Shown: in pieces, positions 38,256 through 49,309 of the stretch
Position numbering within the stretch: position 1 is the stretch's first letter
How the letters are laid out: every line of letters starts with the position of its first letter
Assembly (NCBI GenBank): GCA_050916045.1
Contig: CP051526.1
Coordinates: 32,001 to 96,000, forward strand
Length of the DNA stretch: 64,000 nucleotides
Direction: 5' to 3'
From: Tepidisphaera sp.
Lineage (GTDB): Bacteria; Planctomycetota; Phycisphaerae; Phycisphaerales; UBA1924
The notes under the pieces: model-generated
Told to the model about the DNA's origin: nothing
The model's database searches: none
Seen by the model: the letters and a program-made list of their open reading frames with translations, nothing else
Made by a program: the position numbers and the translations under genes

Positions 38256-38852
38256 TTGCCCATCCGCTACACCGTCCGCGCGGTCGACCGTGCCGGGAAC
38301 TCCATCCGCCGCGAGGTCATCGCCGAGTCCATCGCCCAAGCCGAGCAGCTCGCCGTCGCCGACGGGCTTGAGGTCCGGGGAATCACCGTCGCCCAGGACC
38401 CGCCCGGGAAAGCCGCTCCCGATCCCGCCGACTCCGCCCACCCGGGTGTGGAGCAGACGCTTTGGGAAGGACAGCCAAGCCACTGGTCCAACCTCTGGAT
38501 CTACCTTGCCGCGATCCTGATCGTCCCCCTCCCCTGGTCGCTCTGGTGCTGGCTCAGCCTGCGAGCCACCCGCATCACGCTCACCTCGCAGCGTCTCCGC
38601 ATCAAGACCGGCGTGCTGAACACCCACATCGAAGAGCTCGAGCTCTATCGCGTGCGGGATTCGTCTCTGGGCCAGTCCTTCTGGCAGCGACTCGTCGGCA
38701 TCGGCGATGTCGTGCTCGATACGACCGACGTTTCGACGCCCCGTATCACGCTTCGTCACCTGCGCCGGTCCGAAGCCGTGCGAGAGACGCTCCGCGCTCA
38801 GGTCGAGCGCGTCCGCCGGGTGCAGAAGGTTCGTGAAATCGAGATGACCTGA
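38256..38852 (+). CDS. Bacterial PH-domain (bPH_2) membrane protein
   Basis: EQTLWEGQPS, TM segment, LTSQRLRIKTGVL, ELELYRVRD, QRLVGIG; start uncertain. Confidence 0.8.
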   Translation: MPIRYTVRAVDRAGNSIRREVIAESIAQAEQLAVADGLEVRGITVAQDPPGKAAPDPADSAHPGVEQTLWEGQPSHWSNLWIYLAAILIVPLPWSLWCWLSLRATRITLTSQRLRIKTGVLNTHIEELELYRVRDSSLGQSFWQRLVGIGDVVLDTTDVSTPRITLRHLRRSEAVRETLRAQVERVRRVQKVREIEMT

Positions 38853-39659
38853 TCACTCGCCGAGGAACCAGAGCTTCTTGCGAGGCTTGGCCGTGATCGG
38901 CGTGAGCGTTCGCATCAGGGCTTCGCGGATCGTCTCGATCGCTTCGTCTGGCGAGTCTGTCACCGTGATCAGCGACCGGTCCGCGGGATCGATCGTCTTG
39001 GCCTCGACCAGCGTTTTCTCGACGAACTCGACCATCGGAGACCAGTAGTCCTTGCCCATCAGGATGATCGGGAAGTTCTGGACCTTGCGCGTCTGAACCA
39101 GCGTCGCGATCTCCCAGAGCTCGTCAAGCGTGCCGAAGCCGCCGGGCATGCAGACAAACGCGTAGCTGTACTTGACCAGCATCACCTTCCGCACGAAGAA
39201 GTAGTTGAATTCGACGAACGAATCCACGTACGGATTCGGCTGCTGCTCTTTCGGCAGTCTGATGTTGCAACCCACCGAGGACCCACCGACTTCCTTGGCT
39301 CCCCGATTGGCCGCCTCCATGATCCCGGGCCCCCCGCCCGTCATGGTCGTCACGCCCAGAGCCGCAAGCCGCCGCCCCATCTCCCTCGCCAGGATGTAGT
39401 ACTCGTGATCTTCCGCGAACCGCGCGGATCCGAACACCGTCACGCACGGCCCCACGAAGTGGAGCCCGCGGAAACCCCGGATGAACTCCCCGAAGATCCG
39501 GCAGGCTCGGGTAAAGTCCGCCCACCGGCCAAGCGGGCCCCGAAGAAAATCCTGCGCCCAGCCCGACGAAGGTCCCCTTCCCCACGCGGGACCCGTCGCC
39601 GGCCCCCGCCGCCCCACTGGTGTGTCTGACACGGATCCGTGCGGCCCGTCGTTGTCCAT
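38853..39659 (-). CDS. LOG family (TIGR00730) nucleotide phosphoribohydrolase
   Basis: VFGSAR, TGGGPGIMEAANRGA, FFVRKVMLVKYS, PGGFGTLDE. Confidence 0.92.
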   Translation of the reverse strand: MDNDGPHGSVSDTPVGRRGPATGPAWGRGPSSGWAQDFLRGPLGRWADFTRACRIFGEFIRGFRGLHFVGPCVTVFGSARFAEDHEYYILAREMGRRLAALGVTTMTGGGPGIMEAANRGAKEVGGSSVGCNIRLPKEQQPNPYVDSFVEFNYFFVRKVMLVKYSYAFVCMPGGFGTLDELWEIATLVQTRKVQNFPIILMGKDYWSPMVEFVEKTLVEAKTIDPADRSLITVTDSPDEAIETIREALMRTLTPITAKPRKKLWFLGE

Positions 39660-39833
39660 AGGAATCGAGCTTACCCCGCCCGGCCAAGAAATGTCGCAAG
39701 CAACAGTTGAAAAACCACCCAAACAGGGCATAAATAATCTCGGTTGAACCCAAGTTGTCGCCAAGGTATTCTACAAAGATCGTGGAGGGTCCCCGCTCGG
39801 GCTGTGGGATCCGTAGGAGGAGGAGAAGGTCTC

Positions 39834-40523
39834 ATGGCTAGTCCTGTCCAAAGCCGCACCGAGCGTGGGGTCGAAATGCCCTTCCAAACCCTTACACCCC
39901 CCGCTTGGGAAGCGCTCACCCTCGATACCGGAGCTTCCGTTCTGGTCTTGGATGAGAACGGCGTCATTCTCTATGCCAACAGCCGATCCGTGCTGGAGCT
40001 CAAGCTCCCCGTGGAAGAAGTGGTCGGCAAGCCTTACCACGGGTTCTTCGCTCCCGAGTTCGGCGCCGAGCGGCTCGGCTTCATCCGCCGGGCCATCGAA
40101 ACCGGCACCCCGATGGTCATCGACCACACCTTCGGCGGATGCCGTCGTCGAAGCTGCCTCCGCCCCCTTCCCGCAGATGCGCAGGGCCGCCATCATGTCC
40201 TTCTCGTCTGCCGCCCCGCGCACGAAAATGACCCGGCCGAAGTCTCGGACGCCGAAATGGTGCGGGCCAAGCACAACGACCTGGGCTCGCTTGCTTCGCT
40301 CACGCCCCGCGAGCTTGAGATTCTCTTCTTGATTGGGCAGGGCTTGGCCACTTCCGAGATCGCCAAGCAATTGCACCGAAGCGAGAAGACCGTCGAGTGG
40401 CACCGCGTTTCGCTCGGCAACAAGCTTGGCGTTTCCAACCGCGTCGAACTTGCGCGAATCGCGATTCAGTCCGGGCTTCTCGCCGCGACCCCCCGGTCAC
40501 GAGCCACTCCCGAAACCAAGTAA
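39834..40523 (+). CDS. PAS-domain LuxR-family transcriptional regulator
   Basis: Strong RBS aggaggagg; PAS-like LDENGVILYAN; HTH LTPRELEILFLIGQG...KTVEWHR. Confidence 0.88.
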   Translation: MASPVQSRTERGVEMPFQTLTPPAWEALTLDTGASVLVLDENGVILYANSRSVLELKLPVEEVVGKPYHGFFAPEFGAERLGFIRRAIETGTPMVIDHTFGGCRRRSCLRPLPADAQGRHHVLLVCRPAHENDPAEVSDAEMVRAKHNDLGSLASLTPRELEILFLIGQGLATSEIAKQLHRSEKTVEWHRVSLGNKLGVSNRVELARIAIQSGLLAATPRSRATPETK

Positions 40524-40582
40524 AGCACACGAATGGGCTTCAACGGTTGAGCAGCCGGCGGCACACTTTCGTGCTGCGATGA

Positions 40583-41755
40583 TCAACGTTCGATGATGAC
40601 CGGCACGCTGGCCCAGTTCGCCCACCGCGTCGGGGGGCCTGACCACCAGAGCGTCGACTCGATGGTGCGGGTCGTCGTCATCGCGTCCATCCCCGCGAGA
40701 GGCTCGGCAAGCTCCGCCACCGTCACGACGCCGAGCGTTTCCGTCAACGCGCGACGGATCGCTTCGATGCCATCAAGCGTCGGCGCCACGCGCGCAAGAC
40801 CGACCAGATCCTCGGCTTTGGGAGGCAGGACGATCGCGAGCGGCGCCGGGGGACGGATGATCATCGGAAAGCGTCGCTCGGACGTCGATGCAAATGCCGG
40901 AACGATCTCGGCGGGCCGCTGGGATTCCGAAGTCGCTTCGGGATTCGGCGTGAGAGCCGCCAGCGCCGTCACCACCTCGGAGGGAGGCGTCGCGCTGACA
41001 TCCCACACCCGCGCCCCCTGCGGACGCGCCGCGAGACTCGTGAGCTGCTGCTCGCACTGACGCGGCGACCGCGGCGTGACCCGAAGCACCAACCGACCGG
41101 CTTTCGCAAGTTCGAGCATCCGTTCCGCGCGGTCCGCCGGCGGCGCGGACATGATGGCGAGCGGCACCCTCGGAGCTTCGGCGGTCGAGCCGGCATCCAC
41201 CGGGTCCGCCAGGGGCGTCGCGTCGGTCGCGCCTTCGTCCGCGATCGCGATCCGCACCGGCGTGCCGCCGTTCTCGTTCGACGTGGAGTCGCTTGTGTCC
41301 GTGCTTTCGCGGTTCGCGTGAAGCGTGCTGTTTGTCTTGGAGGCCGGCCACAGCGCGATCAAGCCGACACCGCCCACGAGGCCGACCATCGCCGCCATCG
41401 CGACCATCCGCCGCGTGCCGTTCCACCACGACTTCCGATTGGGAACCACCCGGGAGACAGGAATCTCGACCGCTTGGTCACCGGCAAGCCGCAACCCGGC
41501 CAGGGCTTCCTGCTGCGCTCGACGCATCGCCGCTTCCACCAGACCAAGCGGGGCCATCGGCGCCTCAAGCGACGCGACTCCCGCACGATCCCGCTTCATC
41601 AGGTCGAGCTTGCGGAGCAGCGCCTTCTGCTCGGGCGTGCCGTTGGCAAGCATCTCGCGCACAACCCGGGCCCGGTCCACCGGAAGCAGACCTTCGACCA
41701 TCGCCAGAAGCGACGCTTCGTCGTTGGGGTCAAATTGCTCCGTTCGTCCGTTCAT
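40583..41755 (-). CDS. Putative anti-sigma factor (single-TM membrane protein)
   Basis: Directly downstream of an ECF sigma gene; short cytoplasmic N-terminal domain, one TM, long periplasmic part. Confidence 0.6.
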   Translation of the reverse strand: MNGRTEQFDPNDEASLLAMVEGLLPVDRARVVREMLANGTPEQKALLRKLDLMKRDRAGVASLEAPMAPLGLVEAAMRRAQQEALAGLRLAGDQAVEIPVSRVVPNRKSWWNGTRRMVAMAAMVGLVGGVGLIALWPASKTNSTLHANRESTDTSDSTSNENGGTPVRIAIADEGATDATPLADPVDAGSTAEAPRVPLAIMSAPPADRAERMLELAKAGRLVLRVTPRSPRQCEQQLTSLAARPQGARVWDVSATPPSEVVTALAALTPNPEATSESQRPAEIVPAFASTSERRFPMIIRPPAPLAIVLPPKAEDLVGLARVAPTLDGIEAIRRALTETLGVVTVAELAEPLAGMDAMTTTRTIESTLWWSGPPTRWANWASVPVIIER

Positions 41756-41786
41756 CTGCCCGTGGTCCTCGTCGCCAGATCGTCCC

Positions 41787-42410
41787 TCATTCCTGCCCGC
41801 CGGCTCGCCGCTCGATCTCGGCCCGAAGCGCCGCACGAGCCCGGAAGAGCCGACTCTTCACCGTCCCCACCGCGATGCCCAGCACGTCGCCGATCTCGTC
41901 GTAGTCGAGACCACGCTGATCCCGGAGCATCATGATCGTTCGTTGTTCGGGGTCCAAAGCCCCGAGGGCGGCCTCAAGCACCGCCAAGCCTTCAGAGTCT
42001 TGGACACGCATCGCCGCGAGCGGTTCCCGGCTTTGCCCGATCCGCCGCGAAAGTGTCGCTTCCTCCGAGCCCTCGGACCCCCCAGCCCCCCCAAATGTCG
42101 CATCCAGACTCGCCATCCGCCGGATCTTGTCCGACCGGAGCCGCGACAGGCACACGTTGATCACGATCCGGGTCAGCCAGGTGCTGAACTTCGCCCGAGC
42201 GTCGTAGCCATCCAGCCCCTGAATGACCTTGATCATCGCGTCCTGGCAGCTTTCCGCGGCGTTCTCGCGGTGCTTGAGAATGTGATAACAAAGCCCAAAC
42301 ATTCGCTGCTGGTGTCGGGTGAGAAGGGTGCCGATCGCCGGCTGATCCCCGCTCCGCGCCGCGGCGACCAGGCGCAGGTCCTCAAGCTGATCGGGGTCCG
42401 GGTCGGTCAT
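41787..42410 (-). CDS. ECF sigma-70 factor
   Basis: AKFSTWLTRIVIN (region 2); LDYDEIGDVLGIAVGTVKSRLFRAR (region 4). Confidence 0.93.
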   Translation of the reverse strand: MTDPDPDQLEDLRLVAAARSGDQPAIGTLLTRHQQRMFGLCYHILKHRENAAESCQDAMIKVIQGLDGYDARAKFSTWLTRIVINVCLSRLRSDKIRRMASLDATFGGAGGSEGSEEATLSRRIGQSREPLAAMRVQDSEGLAVLEAALGALDPEQRTIMMLRDQRGLDYDEIGDVLGIAVGTVKSRLFRARAALRAEIERRAGGQE

Positions 42411-42445
42411 CGCAGGGGTCCATCGTATCCGACGGCGACTTCCGG

Positions 42446-42706
42446 CTATTCGAACAGGTTCACGCCCGCGTGCCGAACGACCCACTGCACGGTGGCTTCA
42501 TAAAGCCGGTCCACATCCCCGATCGTCGGGTGCCACTCCGGTCCACGGTTGCCGCGCCATCGCCCGATGATCTCGGTCGCCGTGCGGCGACGGCTTTCCT
42601 TGTCCAAGGCGTCGCCGCGAAAGACCATGGTGTGCGCGACGGTCATCTCCACCCAGCGGAGCGCGGCTTGTTGGTGAGCGGGATGGGCTGGCTGTGACTT
42701 CTCCAC
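42446..42706 (-). CDS. Small hypothetical protein
   Basis: Fills the gap; TATGCT 5 nt upstream of the GTG start. Confidence 0.5.
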   Translation of the reverse strand: MEKSQPAHPAHQQAALRWVEMTVAHTMVFRGDALDKESRRRTATEIIGRWRGNRGPEWHPTIGDVDRLYEATVQWVVRHAGVNLFE

Positions 42707-42749
42707 GTTTCAGCATAGCCCCGCCCCGCCCGGGCCCCAATACTCCGCC

Positions 42750-43160
42750 ATGGACCGATACCAGCAGTTCCAAGCCTACCGAACCAAAATGAACGCCCGC
42801 ATCCTCGGTGAAGCCGGCGATCGCGGTACCCACGCGGACGGCACCGAGCGATGCGGCGGCACCCTCGTCACCAAGCGGTTCTTCGCCCTCGACGGCAAGA
42901 CCTACGACGACGGCGCCCTCTCCGCCAAGACCAAAGAGCTCCTCGGCTTGGTCGCCTCGATGGTGCTCCGCTGCGACGACTGCATCGCGTACCACATCGA
43001 CCGCTGCGTAGCCCTCGGCTGCACCGACGAAGAGCTCTGGGAGACGTTCGACGTGGCTCTTATCGTCGGCGGATCGATCGTGATCCCGCACCTTCGCCGC
43101 GGCGTCGAGTTCCTCGACCTGGCTCGCACCCACGCAAGCCCCGGTTCCGGCGGGTCCTGA
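42750..43160 (+). CDS. Carboxymuconolactone decarboxylase/AhpD-family protein
   Basis: GALSAKTKELLGLVASMVLRCDDCIAYH (CxxC). Confidence 0.88.
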   Translation: MDRYQQFQAYRTKMNARILGEAGDRGTHADGTERCGGTLVTKRFFALDGKTYDDGALSAKTKELLGLVASMVLRCDDCIAYHIDRCVALGCTDEELWETFDVALIVGGSIVIPHLRRGVEFLDLARTHASPGSGGS

Positions 43161-43175
43161 CCCGCTCGGGCCGCA

Positions 43176-43224
43176 TTGACTCAGCCGGTCGAGGGCCTAT
43201 TCTGCAATTGAGACTGAGTCGCAT
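43176..43224 (+). promoter_or_regulatory. Sigma70 promoter plus 7-1-7 palindromic (Fur-like) operator
   Basis: TTGACT-N16-TATTCT (43176-43203); TGAGACT-G-AGTCGCA (43209-43223). Confidence 0.6.
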
Positions 43225-43357
43225 GAGCAGAACCCGCGCCGCATTTGTGAACTTGGGACGTCTGGCTTTCCTGTTTTTCCTGCTCAAGGGCTTCGCGTGG
43301 CTTTGTGTGCCCGCGTTCCTCGCCTGGTTTGCGGCGCGATCGGAGACCCTCCCATGA
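43223..43357 (+). CDS. 44-aa hydrophobic small protein
   Basis: MSRTRAAFVNLGRLAFLFFLLKGFAWLCVPAFLAWFAARSETLP; stop overlaps the heme oxygenase ATG (ATGA). Confidence 0.55.
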   Translation: MSRTRAAFVNLGRLAFLFFLLKGFAWLCVPAFLAWFAARSETLP

Positions 43358-44013
43358 CCGCATCCACCGCACCGGCCGCCACCCTCAGCGCCCGCCTGAA
43401 AGCCGAAACCCAGGACCAGCACACCGCCGCCGAGAAGCACCCCTTCCACGCCATGCTCTTCCGGGGCCTGCTCCCGGTCCACGTCCTCCTCCAGCACCAT
43501 TCGGAAATGGGGCTGATCCAGGCCGCGCTCGAGGACAAGCTCGCGAGCACCGACGCGCCCGAGATTCGGGCCGTGCTTCAGCCACACCACCGCCGAGCTT
43601 CGCTGTTTGCTTCCGACCTTGTCGCTTCGGGGATGATGCCGCCCAAGCAACCTTCGACCCAAGCCGCCAAACGCTTCATCTCCGAGATTGAAGTCGCGGA
43701 CCCGGCGACGCTCCTTGGTGTCTTCTACGTCCTTGAGGGTTCGACCAACGGTGGTCGGTTCATCCAAGCCGCGATCGTGAAAGCCTACGGGCCGGCGAAT
43801 CCGGGCCTCACGGTCACCGCGCTCAGCCCGCACGGCGACCACCAGATGGCCCGCTGGGGCGAGTTCCGAACGGGGCTGGACAGCGTGGAACTCCAACCCG
43901 CCAAAGCCGACCGCGTCGTCGCGGGCGCTGCTCGCACGTTTGTCGCCGTGACGGAGGTCATGGAGCAGATCATGCCCAAGGGCCTCGTCACACCCGCCGC
44001 GCCCGCACATTGA
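43354..44013 (+). CDS. Biliverdin-producing heme oxygenase
   Basis: LKAETQDQHTAAE (proximal His); FYVLEGSTNGG distal helix motif. Confidence 0.88.
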   Translation: MTASTAPAATLSARLKAETQDQHTAAEKHPFHAMLFRGLLPVHVLLQHHSEMGLIQAALEDKLASTDAPEIRAVLQPHHRRASLFASDLVASGMMPPKQPSTQAAKRFISEIEVADPATLLGVFYVLEGSTNGGRFIQAAIVKAYGPANPGLTVTALSPHGDHQMARWGEFRTGLDSVELQPAKADRVVAGAARTFVAVTEVMEQIMPKGLVTPAAPAH

Positions 44014-44506
44014 GGCTGATGGGGATCCCCGCGAAAACGACGCGCGATGTGTCCGGGAAAAGGGCGAAGTCCGCGACGCGCTGGACATCCGCGAACCCCG
44101 CATCCACGAGCGCGACGGAAAGCAGCTCGAACGTGAAGCCCGACTTGTGGAAGTCGTAAGCGTCGATCTGCCCGCCGTAGATCATCCGCTGCACATGCCA
44201 GCGGTCCGCCGTCGAGAGCGCCGGGTGCGTCAGCATCTTGGCGAGCACCTCAAGATCGGGAACGGCGACCATGAGTTCTCCGCCGGGCTGGAGCACGCGG
44301 GCCGCTTCCCGCAGCGCGACGCCGACCTCGCGGTTGCTCAAGTGTTCGTAGACATGGGAGGCGTAGACGGTCTCGGCGCTCGCAGTCGCGAACGCCGAGA
44401 GGTCGGTGACGGTCGCGACGACGTCCACGACGGGGGAAGGTTGAGCGTTGACGACGGTCCAGCCGGGTTTGGCAAGCTCGCCGCCGAGGTGAAGTCGAAG
44501 GGGCAT
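43988..44506 (-). CDS. SAM-dependent methyltransferase-like protein
   Basis: LHLGG, VYASHVYEHL, RVLQPGG.L..AVPD, DFHKSGF. Confidence 0.8.
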   Translation of the reverse strand: MPLRLHLGGELAKPGWTVVNAQPSPVVDVVATVTDLSAFATASAETVYASHVYEHLSNREVGVALREAARVLQPGGELMVAVPDLEVLAKMLTHPALSTADRWHVQRMIYGGQIDAYDFHKSGFTFELLSVALVDAGFADVQRVADFALFPDTSRVVFAGIPISLNVRARRV

Positions 44507-44507
44507 G

Positions 44508-45728
44508 CTATTTCGCCTCGGCGAGAGCCCGCGCCCGTTCGCGCAGGCTTGTGACGGAATTGCGATGGCTCTGAATCATCGAGCGCCAGCGGGCCGGCAT
44601 CGCGGGCGGACGGACGCCGGCGGAAGTCTGTCCCGGCGGCGGGGATCGCAGGAGTTCGGGGTACTCGGTGACGAGAGCTTCCAGAGCTTTGATCCCATCA
44701 TCGGCGCGATCGAGCGATGGGAGCTGAGCCTGGGCTTGTGAGCGGGCTTCGCTCAAGCGAACGTCCTTGCCGGTCGCCGCGTCGAGAGCCGCATCGACCC
44801 GCTTGCGGAGGAGCGAAACTTCATCGTCGATGAGAGCGGCGCGGATGCCGGCGTCATCCACCGATTCCTCGATCTCCGCATCGCGAACGGTTGGAAGCTT
44901 GATCTTCGTCTGGCGGCCGAGTGCTTGGAGATCGTCGGCTTGCAGGAAGGCTTCGTTGTTCGCCATGGCCATCGCGCTGGCTGGGAGCGTGAACGCTTCG
45001 AAATCCGAGCCGCCCCGCGGGGCTTTGCAGAGCGCGAAGACACGCTTGCCCCTCTCGTTCGCGGGCCGGGCTCCCTTGACGAGTGTCCACGTGGGCGGTT
45101 TGCTCGCGATGTTCTCGACGGCCCACCAGTCTTCGGCGCTCCAGGTGAGGACGTCGAGAAGTCCATCGTTGAGCTTGCGGCGTGCGAGGTGCGGCTGCAT
45201 CAGTTCGCGGATATCCGCTTCGAGAAGCGTCCAGTCGGTCTTCTCGGCGACGAGCGAACGGGCGGAAGCGTCCCGTTCCACGCGGACCGAAAATCCGCTT
45301 TCGGTCGATGCGCCCTGAGAAGCGGCGAGAGCGACCAAGACCGGCCCCAGATTCGCGAACGGCTTCTCGCGAACCACGTCGAGCAGGACGATCACCGGTG
45401 TGCGGCAGGACTTGATGTCGAGCAGAATCTCGCGGACGACGTCGGTGCGCCACGGCGCGGTTGCCTGGATCGAGAGGACGACGATCGGGGCTTTGCTTTT
45501 GGCGCCGGCTTCGAAGGCGTCGCGGATCGCGCGGCTTGCTTTGGCGGAGTCCATCGCGCCGATCTGGATGAGGAACGCGGACTGTCGCTCGGAGGCCTTG
45601 GACTGGTCTGGACGCGCGTCGATGGGAGCGGGGGGCGGCGTGGCGGACGGCGTGGCAGGATCGGCCGCGGGTTGCGCGACGCATGCACCGGCGACAAGGC
45701 CGGTGAGGATGCACATCAAGGTTCGCAT
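44508..45728 (-). CDS. Secreted hypothetical protein (weak NfeD/ClpP-fold resemblance at the N-terminus)
   Basis: Signal peptide; RDAFEAG...IVVLSI...PVIVLL pattern; helical C-terminus. Confidence 0.5.
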   Translation of the reverse strand: MRTLMCILTGLVAGACVAQPAADPATPSATPPPAPIDARPDQSKASERQSAFLIQIGAMDSAKASRAIRDAFEAGAKSKAPIVVLSIQATAPWRTDVVREILLDIKSCRTPVIVLLDVVREKPFANLGPVLVALAASQGASTESGFSVRVERDASARSLVAEKTDWTLLEADIRELMQPHLARRKLNDGLLDVLTWSAEDWWAVENIASKPPTWTLVKGARPANERGKRVFALCKAPRGGSDFEAFTLPASAMAMANNEAFLQADDLQALGRQTKIKLPTVRDAEIEESVDDAGIRAALIDDEVSLLRKRVDAALDAATGKDVRLSEARSQAQAQLPSLDRADDGIKALEALVTEYPELLRSPPPGQTSAGVRPPAMPARWRSMIQSHRNSVTSLRERARALAEAK

Positions 45729-45793
45729 GGAGCCCTCCTCGATGGATGTTATCTTCGTCGACCCTTGCTTGCGATTCAGGTTCACCAGCCTGT

Positions 45794-46918
<1,125 letters not shown>

Positions 46919-47044
46919 GCCGCCTCGCGTTTCGCCGCAGGGATGTCCGGCGACCGACGCGCCGGGGAGCGAGAGTGTACCCGATCTCCCAATCCGCACA
47001 GCCGTCATAACCGCCCGATCGTCCGAGATTGACGGGACGGAGGC

Positions 47045-47072
47045 AAAAGGAGGCTCCCGAGCGTGTCGATAC
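47045..47072 (+). promoter_or_regulatory. Sigma28-like promoter
   Basis: AAAAG-N15-GTCGATAC. Confidence 0.35.
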
Positions 47073-47096
47073 GCAGGACCGCAAAGGAGTGCGTCT

Positions 47097-47327
47097 ATGG
47101 GTCCATCCAATCGAGCGTTCAACCAAGCCAAGTCGATTCTCGGGAAGCTGGACCGCTCCATCGACCAGCTGCGCGAGCAGCGGGCCGCGGGACCGGTGCC
47201 GGCCCCGGCCGCACCGACCGTTTCCGCCGCTTCGGCGATGTCCCAGCAGATCGGCGGTCGGGCCGAACCGGCGCCCGCCCGTCCGGCTTCGCCCTTCGGT
47301 CGGGCGACGCCCCTCCCGCCGCGCTGA
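47097..47327 (+). CDS. Small hypothetical protein (76 aa)
   Basis: RBS aaggag; amphipathic helix [20 protein letters not shown]; tail FGRATPL. Confidence 0.65.
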   Translation: MGPSNRAFNQAKSILGKLDRSIDQLREQRAAGPVPAPAAPTVSAASAMSQQIGGRAEPAPARPASPFGRATPLPPR

Positions 47328-47389
47328 AACTGTTGCGGCTGGAACACTGTTCCGGACCGGGTCCCGCGGGTGTTGCGCTACGATGACGC

Positions 47390-48181
47390 ATGCCCGTTCC
47401 CGAAGCGTCTCCCGACGCGTCCGCTCCCGCTCCGGCTTGGACCAACGCCGACCTCGCCGCGCCGCACCAGCACGCTGAAAAAGCGGTCAAGGTCCGCGGC
47501 ATGTTCTCCGCCATCGCGGGGAGCTACGACCTCAATAACCGCGTCCACTCCCTCTGGCAGGACCAGGCTTGGCGCCGGTTCGCCGTCCGCTCCGCCGCCG
47601 TCAAGCCCGGGGAGACAGTCCTGGATGTCGCGTGCGGGACCGGCGATCTGACCGAGCTCTTCGCCAAGTCCCCCGCCAGCAAGGTCATCGGCGGGGATTT
47701 CACCCCCGCGATGCTCGAGATCGCCCGCGAGAAGCGGAGCGGTCTGACGCCCGAGCAAAGCCGCAAGATCACCTATATGGAAGCGGACGCGATGAACCTC
47801 GCGTTCCCGGACGCGAGCTTCGACGTCGTTTCGATCGCGTTTGGAATCCGCAACGTGACCGACCCGACGAAAGCGGTCCGCGAATTCGCGCGGGTGCTGA
47901 GGCCCGGCGGCCGGCTCATGATTCTCGAGTTCGAGCGGCCGCGATTCGCCCTTATGCGGTGGTTCTACGACTTCTACTGCGGGTGGGTGATGCCGCGCAC
48001 GGCCACGCTGATCAGCGGGGACAAGAGCGGCGCGTACAAGTATCTGCCCCGCTCGGTCGGGACATTCATGAACCGGGCCCAACTCTCGGACCTGCTGCGC
48101 ACGTCCGGATTTACCGACGTGACGAGCCGCGGCTTGTCTCTTGGGATCTGCGTGTGTTACCGGGGCGTGCGCACCGGTTGA
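47390..48181 (+). CDS. ubiE: Demethylmenaquinone/ubiquinone methyltransferase UbiE/MenG
   Basis: VRGMFSAIAGSYDLNN, LDVACGTGDL, IAFGIRNV, AYKYLPRSV. Confidence 0.94.
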   Translation: MPVPEASPDASAPAPAWTNADLAAPHQHAEKAVKVRGMFSAIAGSYDLNNRVHSLWQDQAWRRFAVRSAAVKPGETVLDVACGTGDLTELFAKSPASKVIGGDFTPAMLEIAREKRSGLTPEQSRKITYMEADAMNLAFPDASFDVVSIAFGIRNVTDPTKAVREFARVLRPGGRLMILEFERPRFALMRWFYDFYCGWVMPRTATLISGDKSGAYKYLPRSVGTFMNRAQLSDLLRTSGFTDVTSRGLSLGICVCYRGVRTG

Positions 48182-48451
48182 GAGTTGCGCTCTCGGGCCC
48201 AAAGCCGTGCAAAACGCCGCGAAGTCACGCCCCGTGCGCGCTTATCGGGAGTTCTCCACGACTTTGTTGCGCCGCGACACAGCTTTCCCTGCGCGGCCCC
48301 CTCGATTTCACCATCTGTGCGCATGCGGTCCGATGAACCTGTCACAGCGTTGGTGGCGCTAAGCACGGAGGATCCGAGCCTTTCACATATTCTGGTCCGA
48401 GCCGCATGGTGGAACAGCGGCCCGGTCGCACCATAAGGACGTGGCGCGAAA

Positions 48452-49162
48452 ATGTTGAACCAGGACTTCTTGGCGGAGCGTTTCTTCGAATCCCTCATCA
48501 ATGGAAACCGGGCTGAAGCGAGCGACCTTGCTCGGCAGGGCGAGCCGATCTTCGGCGGGCCCCTCGGCGTGGTTTCGGGCCTCTTCTGGCCCATGTACGA
48601 ACAGCTTGACAAGCTCTTCCGGAGCGATCAACTGAGCGCCATCGCGTTCCAGTTCGCGACCCGCTTGCTGCGGTCGCTGACGGAGCAGTACGCCCTACGC
48701 CTTCCCTCGACGGCCCGGACGGACGCCACGGTGGCGGTCTTCTGCGGCAACAGCGTCGGTGAAGAGCTCGGCGCGCAGATGGCGACGGACGTCCTGGTCG
48801 CTTCGGGCTGCAACGTCCGCTTCGGCGGCGGCGGGATCGCGGCCGACGAGATCCTGGCGCACGTGCACGAGACGCGGCCGGACGTGCTGGTGATGTTCGC
48901 GTCGGCGGCTTCGGACCTCCCGGGCATCCGCATGCTGATGGACAACCTTCGCGAGATCGGGGCCTGCCCCAACACGCGTCTGGTCGTCGGGGGCGGGGTC
49001 TTCAACCGCGCTCCGGGCTTGGCCGAGGAGATGGGAGCCGAAGCGTGCGTGGGCTCGCCGATCGATCTGGCGGAAGCCGTCCTCGAGGTCCGCCGGACAC
49101 CGGCGATCGCTCAGCAGATCGAGCGCAAGCCGGCCGCTGCGGTCCGCCGCCGGGCCGCCTGA
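48452..49162 (+). CDS. Cobalamin-binding-fold protein (cap plus Rossmann), degenerate ligand motifs
   Basis: Helical cap then EELGAQM...GGG...PDVLVMF...VVGGGVF; no ExHxxG His. Confidence 0.7.
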   Translation: MLNQDFLAERFFESLINGNRAEASDLARQGEPIFGGPLGVVSGLFWPMYEQLDKLFRSDQLSAIAFQFATRLLRSLTEQYALRLPSTARTDATVAVFCGNSVGEELGAQMATDVLVASGCNVRFGGGGIAADEILAHVHETRPDVLVMFASAASDLPGIRMLMDNLREIGACPNTRLVVGGGVFNRAPGLAEEMGAEACVGSPIDLAEAVLEVRRTPAIAQQIERKPAAAVRRRAA

Positions 49163-49186
49163 GTCCCAGAACCAATCAAGAACCAA

Positions 49187-49223
49187 ACAAAGCCGTGGCC
49201 AAACGCCACGGCTTTGTGTTTTT
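49187..49223 (+). terminator. Intrinsic terminator
   Basis: Perfect 13-bp stem acaaagccgtggc/gccacggctttgt plus gttttt. Confidence 0.8.
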
Positions 49224-49309
49224 GCACCGGGATAGGCGCATCTTCCTGGCAACCGCCGGGGGGGAGGGGTGGTATTCTGGTGTGGGGAACGGGTGTGCGA
49301 GCGAAGCAA

